This document shows positions 8,073 to 15,372 of a DNA stretch of 41,647 nt, piece after piece. This DNA is from an uncultured Ruminococcus sp. GTDB taxonomy: Bacteria > Bacillota > Clostridia > Oscillospirales > CAG-272. A model generated the notes under the pieces. That model did no database searches. It saw only the letters and a program-made list of their open reading frames with translations, and was not told the origin of the DNA. Made by a program: the position numbers and the translations under genes. The stretch covers positions 1 through 41,647 of the forward strand of contig CAZDON010000002.1 in the NCBI GenBank assembly GCA_964507065.1, in the 5' to 3' direction. Each line of letters opens with the position of its first letter. Position 1 is the first letter of the stretch.

Positions 8073-10922
8073 TTATTTCGAGCTTTCCGTATAGGAAATC
8101 GCGTTAAGCTTGTCAGCTCCCGACGGCGCTATAGGATACCTTGACTTGTTGGTGGTATAGGTGCCGCTGAAGGTGGGAGCCGACTGGCTGTTGGTGATAT
8201 AGTTTATCTTCTTCGTTATCTGATACTGCGTTACGTTGGAGGCGTTAAACGCGCTGTCGGCAAGCTCATTGAATACGTAGGTCGTGCCCGTCGCGCGCGA
8301 AACGAAGTTCTCGATAGTTACGTTCTGGGGCATATAGCAGGTATATCCAAAGTCCCAGTCAAGATAGTTTGCCGTACTCGAATAGAAGCCCGAATTTATA
8401 ATGTATCCCGTAGTCGCTCTCGTCGTGGGTCTTGACTGTCCCTGCTGTGACCGATACGCATCTATCGCGTCAAGCAGGCAGTTTTTAAGAATCATATCAC
8501 CCTCGAAGGTCGCTCCGTAGTCGCCTCTGAGCGACATAAAGCTGGCACCCGTTCTCCTCTGGGTATTGATAATCTCAAGCGTGCCGCCACCGACGATATT
8601 GAGAGTGTGTCCTATTACGGTATTCTCTATCTTCATATTCCAGAAGCCGCGGTGCGCGTCGATTCTTGAGATTATGCAGTCAGAGAAGCCGAGATTTTTC
8701 GAGCCGTTTGAGGACATAATGCCCCAGTAGGACGAATCGGCAACGTCGGTGCCTCTCATCTCAACGCCCTGGAATACCACGTCGTTTGAATACTCTATAA
8801 CGAAGTCGTAGGTGCCCATAGGAACGGAGTCTGAGGCAGTACCCGTGTCGTTCGTGAACTGTGACTTATCCTCGTAGTACACCACGTGACCCGTAAGGTC
8901 GCAGTCGATAACGTCAACGTTATGCGCGGTATTGAAGAAGAGGAAGCCGTAGTAGGGATAGCCGCAGCCCGTGGTCTTGTACTTTCCCGTGGTCTTATCG
9001 TAGCTCGCTACCTCGCTGCCCTCCTTCATCTTGTGCCTTACGTTAGTGAAGGTAGCGTTTGACCTTTCAATCTTAAAGCCGCGCTTGTACTCGTGATATA
9101 CGTTTCTGTAATCGGTATAGGTAACCTCTTTACCGTTGAGCCAGTGGGTGATTTCCTTATGAGCCTTGTTGGCAATCGTTTCAAAGTAGCCGCCGTTTAT
9201 CGTAATCGGCTTATCGTCAATAGGAACGATATTAACGCCCGAAAGGCGCTCGAACTCAAATATTACGGGAGTGGTGGGGTCGACGTTGCCCTCCTCGTCA
9301 AGAATAACGAAGTCGCGTCTTACCGCGCCTGCACTCTGATTCGCGCCGTATCTTATGTAATCTCTATGCTCGGAGTTGTAGAAGATTACCATTGATTTTT
9401 CGGTAACGTAGGGAGCGAGCCATTCAATCTTGGTCTGCCCCTTCTTGATAATGCTCGTGCCGTCAGAGGTGATGAAGGTGTTTCTCTGTACCAGCTCCTC
9501 GCCCTCACCCTCGGTCACGACGTCGATAACGAAGCCTGACTCCTCAAACTGTGCCGAGCTTATACCCTTCATCGGATTGTCACGGCAGAATTTGAATATA
9601 GCGTAGCCGCTGATAGGATAAATTTCCTCCGCGCTGTCGTCGATAATGAAGTTCGGAGTATCGCGGTAAAGCTTCGGGTCGTCAGAGGAAATACCGCTGC
9701 ACGCGTCGACGTCGTCCGCGTCATGCTCCTGAGTGCCGAAGTCACAGTCGGTCATAACGGGAATCTCGATTACCTTTGACACGCCGTCAACCGTGCGGTA
9801 GGTCGTGCTGATATAGAAGGTCTTACCCTCGTCGGCAATTACCTTCTGTCCGCCGAGGTTGGCGTACTCGTGAGTTTTGAGTATAGCCAGAAAGTCGTTG
9901 GTCACGCCGTCGCCCTTAGCACCGCCGTACTCACAGTAGGAAACCGTGCTGACGTGCTTCGAGACGTTGAGTGTCGCGGGTATGGTTACGTTACCCTTTT
10001 TCGAGGTGATATAGGTCTTAAGGAACTCGTCAACGCAGTCGTCAAAGGCGTTCATATACTCACACTCTATATAAAGGTCGCCGTCCTTCGCATATGCGTA
10101 GAAGCCGTCCTTGTAGGTGCGCACGCCGTCCCCATCGGTATCAAAGGGCAGAGAGCGCATAACTATCTTTCTCTGTGTCGCCGCGCAGTCCTTGAGGTCG
10201 ACTATCGAAAGGCGCTGTCCCGTATAGGTCTTAAGGGTCGTCTGAAGCTCCGTAATCCTGTCGGGGAACACCTCAAAGTCGTTCATATCACAGGCAAGAA
10301 CGAACTTTGAAATATCGTTCGTGCCGATTTTCAGGGAGTCTATCGCGTAATCGGTGAGCACCTCAACCTTAAGCGTGGGGCTTACCGCGACGTTACGCAG
10401 CGAGGTAGTACCGTCCGTGACGCCAAGCTCATCTGCGATAAACTTATTGACCGCACTGCGCGTCAGCGTGGGAGTACCGCCCGCGATAACTATGCGGTTA
10501 TCCACCGCCTTGATGACGTAGCCCTCAGGACCTAAATCGTCAGCGGAAATATTGCACGCGGCAGGACGGTTCTTACAGCCCACGCCTATGATAATCTCAC
10601 AGTCGCTGACCGCCGTAGCATCCTTATCCTCTACCGTGTCGGATATCTCAACGCCGAGGTCGTCGCGAAGAAGCGCTACGAGCTCACCTGCCGCGCGTCT
10701 GCCCTCGCCGCCCGCGCTTGACGCGATAACGACCTTGAACTGTGCTATGTTCTTTCTTATGAGTATAAGACCCTCAAGAGGAATATCATCCTCAGGATAG
10801 GTCGGCTCGTCGGGCGTATCGTCGTCAGTATCGTCGCCGTTACACGCCGCAAGTCCCACCACCGCGAAAACGGTGAGCGCTGCTATCAGCAGCAGCAAAA
10901 GTATTCTCTTTAAATTTTTCAT
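8073..10922 (-). CDS. Paralogue 3 (949 aa): lipoprotein, same family, closest by eye to paralogue 2
   Basis: Lipobox GLAAC followed by acidic linker NGDDTDDDTPDEPTYPEDD. Has GYVIKAVDNRIVIAGG, YGGAKGDGVTNDF, and blocks YPYYG, MGTYD, WGIMSSNGSKN, SRIDAHRG, DYGATFEG and WDFGYTCY. Confidence 0.85.
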   Translation of the reverse strand: MKNLKRILLLLLIAALTVFAVVGLAACNGDDTDDDTPDEPTYPEDDIPLEGLILIRKNIAQFKVVIASSAGGEGRRAAGELVALLRDDLGVEISDTVEDKDATAVSDCEIIIGVGCKNRPAACNISADDLGPEGYVIKAVDNRIVIAGGTPTLTRSAVNKFIADELGVTDGTTSLRNVAVSPTLKVEVLTDYAIDSLKIGTNDISKFVLACDMNDFEVFPDRITELQTTLKTYTGQRLSIVDLKDCAATQRKIVMRSLPFDTDGDGVRTYKDGFYAYAKDGDLYIECEYMNAFDDCVDEFLKTYITSKKGNVTIPATLNVSKHVSTVSYCEYGGAKGDGVTNDFLAILKTHEYANLGGQKVIADEGKTFYISTTYRTVDGVSKVIEIPVMTDCDFGTQEHDADDVDACSGISSDDPKLYRDTPNFIIDDSAEEIYPISGYAIFKFCRDNPMKGISSAQFEESGFVIDVVTEGEGEELVQRNTFITSDGTSIIKKGQTKIEWLAPYVTEKSMVIFYNSEHRDYIRYGANQSAGAVRRDFVILDEEGNVDPTTPVIFEFERLSGVNIVPIDDKPITINGGYFETIANKAHKEITHWLNGKEVTYTDYRNVYHEYKRGFKIERSNATFTNVRHKMKEGSEVASYDKTTGKYKTTGCGYPYYGFLFFNTAHNVDVIDCDLTGHVVYYEDKSQFTNDTGTASDSVPMGTYDFVIEYSNDVVFQGVEMRGTDVADSSYWGIMSSNGSKNLGFSDCIISRIDAHRGFWNMKIENTVIGHTLNIVGGGTLEIINTQRRTGASFMSLRGDYGATFEGDMILKNCLLDAIDAYRSQQGQSRPTTRATTGYIINSGFYSSTANYLDWDFGYTCYMPQNVTIENFVSRATGTTYVFNELADSAFNASNVTQYQITKKINYITNSQSAPTFSGTYTTNKSRYPIAPSGADKLNAISYTESSK

Positions 10923-10963
10923 TTTTGTTTCCTCTGAAATGGTAAAACGCTCTTTTTAGCAGA

Positions 10964-10996
10964 GGCTGCCGCCGCCCTGCTCGGTCGGCGGCAGCC
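10964..10996. other. GC-rich hairpin in the 91-nt gap between paralogues 4 and 3
   Basis: GGCTGCCGCCG-ccctgctcggt-CGGCGGCAGCC. A T-run follows on the plus (antisense) strand only. In the sense (minus) direction an A-run precedes the hairpin. Confidence 0.6.
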
Positions 10997-11013
10997 TGCA
11001 TTTTGCTTTTTTA

Positions 11014-13584
11014 TCAGTTGACTATCTCACGCGGGAATGCCGCGACGATAGGTGTGTTTGCGGGAGCTAAGCAGTTCGGAATTTTGTCAATTTCCGCCTG
11101 AGTCATATTCTTGAAGATAATCTTCTTCGTAGGCTCGTATATCTCGTCACCCTCCTCCTGCGGAACGAAGTGCGCGTCTACCATACCGTTGTATACGGCA
11201 ACCTTTTCCGCGTAACACTCGAAGTTATCTATAATAACGGTCTGGGGCAGATAGCACTTATAGCCGAAGTCCCAGGTGAAGTAGCTTGCCTCAAAGGCAG
11301 TACCCACTCCGTAGGAGCCGTTGGTAACGGTCGCCTCAAAGATAAATGCCTCACTCTCGGTAGCGCCCTGGTCGTAGCTGCCGCCCTGCTCGGAGTTATA
11401 GCTCTGCGCCGCGTAGAATACGCTGTCCTTAATAGTAACGTCGCCCTCGAAGGTTGCGCCGTAGTCACCTCTGAGCTGAATAAACTCGTTACCGGTATAT
11501 CTCTTTACACCGTCTATAAGAAGCTCACCGCCGCCGACTACGTTAAGGCAAAGACCGAAATCACAGTCGATAAGGTAGGCGTTCCAGAAGCCGCAGTGCG
11601 CGTCAAAGCGCGACATCGAACAGGACTTGAAGGTCATATTACGCGAGAAGTTCGACGCCATCATTCCCCAGTACGCGCTGTCGTGAATTGCAACCGCGCT
11701 CTGAGTAATACGCTCAAAGTAAGAGCCTATGCTATACTGAATGATAAGGTCGTAGGTACCCATTGGAACGGCAGACGTCGCGCCCGTGGACGCCGACTTA
11801 TCCTCTCCGTATACCTTGTGTCCCGTAAGGTCGCAGGAAAGCACCTTTGAGTTGTAGGTGTAGGAGTGAACGATGAAGCCGTAGTAGGGATAGCTCTGCT
11901 TAAGGTTATCGGTACCGTTTACGTATCTCTTGGGCTCTTTCAGCATCTTGTGGTTGACGTTCTTGATAATGGTATTGCTTCTCTCAACGAGAATACCTCT
12001 GCCGAAGGATTTGTATACGTTCTTGTAGTCGGTTTCGGGACCTACGACACAGCAGATATTATAGAAGCGTCCGCCCTCTACCGTAATAGTTTCGTCGTCG
12101 GTATAGATTATGGAAAGAGAGGTAATGTCCTCGAAATCAAAAGTAATGGGAGTCGAGGAATCTATATTACCGTTCTTATCGACGATAATCATCTCAATTC
12201 TTCTCTGTCCGTCGTTTCTGTTTCCGCCGAAGCGCACGTAGTCGTTGTGATTTTTATTTTCAAGCGTTATCATAGCGCCCGAGGTAAGCTTTGACGCAAG
12301 CCACGGAATCTTACCCGAGATAAGCTTGCCGTTCTGGTCGTAGGTGCGGAGCACCTGAGGGTCATTCGTGCCCGCAAGCTGCTTAATCTCGTCCTCGGTG
12401 AGGGTAATGGTCTTATTATCCTCATCTCGCGTGAGGGTAAATATGTGATTTCCGCGCTCATCGAATATACCCGAAACCGTGTCGTCTATGGTAAAGGTCG
12501 AGGTACCCCAGTCAACGTCGGTCTTGACGGGAATGCTTTTGCCGCCCGTGAGTCCTATGTAGTAGTTGAAGTTTTTATCCGCAAGAACCTTCTGTCCGCA
12601 CTGGTTAGCGAACTCGTGAGTCTTGAGAAGCGCATTGAAGTCGTTGGTCTTTCCGTCACCGACAGCGCCGAAGTCACTGTACTTGACGGTGGATACGTCG
12701 TAGGTGTAGGAGTAATCCTCGTCAAGCTCAACCGCGCCCTTCTTTGCCCTGATTTCGTCAGCTATAAAGTTATCAAACGCCTTGGCAAAGAGGTTGTAGT
12801 AGGCGCATTCGATTACGAGGTCCTTATCGTCAACGAAAACCCTGAAGCCCTTGGCTCCTGCCTCCGCGACAAGACGGATTATAATCTCGCTTCCATCCGC
12901 GGTAGCGCCCCCGTCCGATATCTCAATATCAACGTCCATAGCGTCCTTGATTGCCTGAGTAAGCTTTGCGGGGCTTGGGCAAAGCTCTGCAATGCGGGCG
13001 TCCTTGCCGTAGCTGGTAACCACCTTGAAGTCGGCAATAGGCGTGCCGTTTATATCAAATGAAACGATGCTGTTCGAGGTAACGAACTCGTCAAGCAGAG
13101 TCGCGCTTACGGACGCGTCGGTGAGCGAGGTAATATCCTCGGTAATGCCGAGGTACTTTTCCTTAAAGGTTTCAAGCGCATCCTTGGTAACGTCTGCCGA
13201 ACCGCCCGCGATTATAACTCTCTTGCCTACGGTTTTGATTACGTAGCCGTTCTCACCGCCGAGGTCGTCAATTCCGACGATGCAGTCGTCAGGACGGTTC
13301 TCGATATCAATACCGATAAGAATCTCACACTCGGTAACCTCGGTAGCGTCACTGTCACTGATAGCGTCGGCAACGTCAACGCCGAGGTCGGAAAGCTCAG
13401 CGACAAAATCGTTCGCCGCGCGTCTGACGCTGGTGCCCGCCTCCTTTGAATAAACTACCTTAAATTGCGCGACACCGCCCTTGATGAGCGTAAGGTTATC
13501 GCCGCCCTCACAACCGACGAATACGGTCAGAGCAAGCACGAGCATGAGCACAGCGCAAAGCAGTTTTACAAGCCTTTGTTTCAT
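11014..13584 (-). CDS. Paralogue 4 (856 aa from the preferred start): lipoprotein, same family, first gene of the array
   Basis: ORF track gives 11014..13647. I prefer ATG 13584 (GGAGAA 7 nt upstream), which gives MKQRLVKLLCAVLMLVLALTVFVGC (lipobox). Has GYVIKTVGKRVIIAGG, FGAVGDGKTNDF, and blocks YPYYG, MGTYD, WGMMASNF, SRFDAHCG, DYGATFEG and WDFGYKCY. Confidence 0.85.
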   Translation of the reverse strand: MKQRLVKLLCAVLMLVLALTVFVGCEGGDNLTLIKGGVAQFKVVYSKEAGTSVRRAANDFVAELSDLGVDVADAISDSDATEVTECEILIGIDIENRPDDCIVGIDDLGGENGYVIKTVGKRVIIAGGSADVTKDALETFKEKYLGITEDITSLTDASVSATLLDEFVTSNSIVSFDINGTPIADFKVVTSYGKDARIAELCPSPAKLTQAIKDAMDVDIEISDGGATADGSEIIIRLVAEAGAKGFRVFVDDKDLVIECAYYNLFAKAFDNFIADEIRAKKGAVELDEDYSYTYDVSTVKYSDFGAVGDGKTNDFNALLKTHEFANQCGQKVLADKNFNYYIGLTGGKSIPVKTDVDWGTSTFTIDDTVSGIFDERGNHIFTLTRDEDNKTITLTEDEIKQLAGTNDPQVLRTYDQNGKLISGKIPWLASKLTSGAMITLENKNHNDYVRFGGNRNDGQRRIEMIIVDKNGNIDSSTPITFDFEDITSLSIIYTDDETITVEGGRFYNICCVVGPETDYKNVYKSFGRGILVERSNTIIKNVNHKMLKEPKRYVNGTDNLKQSYPYYGFIVHSYTYNSKVLSCDLTGHKVYGEDKSASTGATSAVPMGTYDLIIQYSIGSYFERITQSAVAIHDSAYWGMMASNFSRNMTFKSCSMSRFDAHCGFWNAYLIDCDFGLCLNVVGGGELLIDGVKRYTGNEFIQLRGDYGATFEGDVTIKDSVFYAAQSYNSEQGGSYDQGATESEAFIFEATVTNGSYGVGTAFEASYFTWDFGYKCYLPQTVIIDNFECYAEKVAVYNGMVDAHFVPQEEGDEIYEPTKKIIFKNMTQAEIDKIPNCLAPANTPIVAAFPREIVN

Positions 13585-13652
13585 AAGTTTGTTCTCCGTT
13601 TCTTTAAATTGCTTATTAAAAAATATTAAAATATATAGCTTTAACATTAAGT

Positions 13653-13681
13653 ATTATAACACACGCGCGCACTGAATTCAA
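13653..13681 (-). promoter_or_regulatory. SigA-type promoter of the four-gene array
   Basis: Minus strand reads TTGAAT (13681-13676), 17-nt spacer, TATAAT (13658-13653), with a TG-extended -10 (tgtTATAAT). Confidence 0.65.
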
Positions 13682-13700
13682 TGAACTAAAAATGAACGAA

Positions 13701-13743
13701 CAAAAAATCGGCACATTACACAAGGCGATTTGTGTAATGTGCC
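13701..13743 (-). terminator. Rho-independent terminator ending the thiT transcript
   Basis: GGCACATTACACAA-ggcga-TTTGTGTAATGTGCC. On the minus strand it is followed by GATTTTTTG. Confidence 0.8.
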
Positions 13744-13772
13744 GAAGGAGGGTGCGGCGTCCTTGGCGCGCC

Positions 13773-14012
13773 AACTATGATTGCCTTTCGGCAAACTATG
13801 ATACGCTCCGCGGTGTAGGCGGGGGCTTGCTCCCGCCGTTTATTCGTGATGAAATCCGTCACTTGTCATTCTGAGCGCAGTCGAACTTTTGCGTCCCGAC
13901 GCAAAAGCGCGAGGGTAACGAGCGGAATCTTGCGACGGATGAAATCTGCCCACGGCAGATGAAGTCACTTCGTGATTAAGTCGCTACGCGATGAAGTCCC
14001 GCTGGCGCGGGG
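13773..14012 (+). repeat. Mini-hairpin array, locus B (between the thiT stop and its terminator)
   Basis: aactatga-TTGCCtttcGGCAA-actatga-tACGCtccGCGgt; GGCGGG..CCCGCC; CTTTTGCGTC..GACGCAAAAG; gatgaa-ATCTGCCcacGGCAGAT-gaa-GTCACttcGTGAt-taa-GTCGCtacGCGAt-gaa-gtCCCGCtggcGCGGG. The TTGCC/GGCAA unit is shared with locus A. Confidence 0.75.
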
Positions 14013-14031
14013 TTGTTGTAGGGCGTGCCTT

Positions 14032-14913
14032 TTATTGTTCGTTACTCACTACTCGTGATTTTTTCTTAACGATATAATCGCAAAGGAAGAGCGCCGTCGC
14101 GACGAGGGCGCACACGCCCGTGACGATGCCTACCGCAAGCCAGTTCACTGAGGAAAGATACGAGAGGGTAAGCTCGCCCGACTCAGCGTCCTGGGTATAT
14201 TTAAAGATAAGACAGGTATCAGCAATAACGCCGCCTATGGCAAAGAGCCAGCCGAGAGGGGCTAAAAGTCGACACGCCGCAGGGGTTGCGGTAGAGATTT
14301 CGTTATCCTCGCCCACAAACGGCATAGGCGTATTCCGTGAAAAGTCAATAGCGCGCCCAAGATAAAGCGAGACAGCCGTGCATATAATACATTCGGGTAT
14401 CATATAGGTCGCGTTATAGCTTATAGAATATATTACCGCGGCTGAGTCGGGAATGGGAAGCTCCTGCCATACGGTAGCGCCCGCCACGGTGTGGCAGATA
14501 TAGCGAAGCACGCACACGAGGGCAGCACCGAGAGCAAGCTCCAGTGACTGAGCCGTACGGCGCGAGGCCATGCCGCCAAGCTTGCCGCGCAAAAGACCTC
14601 CGAGAGCTATCACGAGAAATGCGAGCGCATAGTCAAAGATAATAAGACCTATTATCGCTATGGGCGTGGGCACGGGAAGATAGGCGAAGTTCTCAAGACC
14701 GAGAAGCTGCTGTATCACGGCGTAGACGCCCGCGCTTGCCATACCGAAGCCTATACCGTGGCGGTAGGCAATCAGCATAACGGGAAGCATGGATGCGAAG
14801 GTTACCGAGCCGCCGTAGGGCATATCGATAAGCTTCAGGGTTGAGAGGACCGTTGAGAGCGCGATAAGAAGCGCCGCCTCGACGAGTCGCTTGACGAGAT
14901 TTGCGTTTTTCAT
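14032..14913 (-). CDS. thiT: ECF-transporter S component for thiamine (ThiT) with a ~95-aa C-terminal two-helix extension
   Basis: ORF track gives 14032..14958. I prefer ATG 14913 (AAAGGAGAAAAA upstream). Blocks MPYGGSVTFASMLPVML and YSISYNATYMIPE match B. subtilis ThiT/YuaJ as I recall it. A TPP riboswitch lies directly upstream. Confidence 0.85.
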   Translation of the reverse strand: MKNANLVKRLVEAALLIALSTVLSTLKLIDMPYGGSVTFASMLPVMLIAYRHGIGFGMASAGVYAVIQQLLGLENFAYLPVPTPIAIIGLIIFDYALAFLVIALGGLLRGKLGGMASRRTAQSLELALGAALVCVLRYICHTVAGATVWQELPIPDSAAVIYSISYNATYMIPECIICTAVSLYLGRAIDFSRNTPMPFVGEDNEISTATPAACRLLAPLGWLFAIGGVIADTCLIFKYTQDAESGELTLSYLSSVNWLAVGIVTGVCALVATALFLCDYIVKKKSRVVSNEQ

Positions 14914-14942
14914 TTTTTCTCCTTTCGGCATTTTATGCCATA

Positions 14943-14978
14943 ACAAAAATTGCCACACAGAAACATCCCGTGTGGCAG
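14943..14978 (-). terminator. Expression-platform terminator of the TPP riboswitch
   Basis: Minus strand reads TGCCACAC-gggatgtttc-TGTGTGGCA followed by ATTTTTG, between the aptamer and the thiT RBS. Confidence 0.75.
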
Positions 14979-14993
14979 AAGAAAACGAAAAAT

Positions 14994-15087
14994 CGCCCTC
15001 ATTAGCATCTTCCTACGACGGTATTATCCGTATCAGGTTAAAGGGTTTGCGTAACGCATCTCAGCCGAAAAATCAGCACCCCTGATG
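14994..15087 (-). promoter_or_regulatory. TPP (THI-box) riboswitch aptamer
   Basis: Minus strand reads ..CAGGGGTGCTGATTTTTCGGCTGAGATGCGTTACGCAAACCCTTTAACCTGATACGGATAATACCGTCGTAGGAAG.. It carries the conserved GGGGTGC, CTGAGA, ACCCTTTAACCTGAT and GGATAATACC elements. Confidence 0.9.
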
Positions 15088-15108
15088 TATTCTATTGTGA
15101 CCGATGGC

Positions 15109-15138
15109 ATTATAGCACAGACAACCATGCATTGTCAA
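15109..15138 (-). promoter_or_regulatory. SigA-type promoter of the riboswitch-thiT unit
   Basis: Minus strand reads TTGACA (15138-15133), 18-nt spacer, TATAAT (15114-15109). Confidence 0.65.
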
Positions 15139-15205
15139 TAGAAAATTTCAAATTTTTGGAATAATGGGATTTCTATAACGACGGGAGCAAGGTGTTTAGT
15201 TATAA

Positions 15206-15362
15206 GTTATGAGTTCGCAAGGCGAACGTTATGAGATGCTTCGCATCGTTATGATATGATTGCCTATTTAACCTAAACGCGGCAAAGCCGCTCATAACTA
15301 CGAGCGATAGCGAGTATCATAACTTGACGAAGTCAATCATAACTTGACAAAGTCAATCATAG
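15206..15362. repeat. Mini-hairpin array, locus C, with both orientations of the unit
   Basis: Left half: gttatga-gTTCGCaagGCGAAc-gttatga-gATGCttcGCATc-gttatga-tatga-TTGCC (truncated). Centre: GCGGCaaaGCCGC. Right half: tcataac-..-tcataac-TTGACgaaGTCAA-tcataac-TTGACaaaGTCAA-tcatag. The right half is the reverse complement of a locus A unit. Confidence 0.8.
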
Positions 15363-15372
15363 TTGGTGCGCG

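Noticed and set aside
13585-13760. Invertible promoter (inverton) or DGR-type variation controlling the paralogue array
   Set aside because: I found no long inverted repeats flanking the promoter. There is no recombinase or reverse transcriptase gene in the window, and no template/variable repeat pair was evident by eye.
13692-13874. 60-aa plus-strand ORF (MNEQKIGTLHKAICVMC...)
   Set aside because: It reads straight through the thiT terminator hairpin and the mini-hairpin array. The repeated ANYD peptide is just a translation of the repeat units. It has no RBS.
13838-13885. Possible hammerhead-like core (GTGATGAA ... CTGAGCG ... CGAAC) inside locus B
   Set aside because: The CUGANGA and GAAA boxes are not in the required order or spacing around a stem II, and no three-way junction could be drawn.
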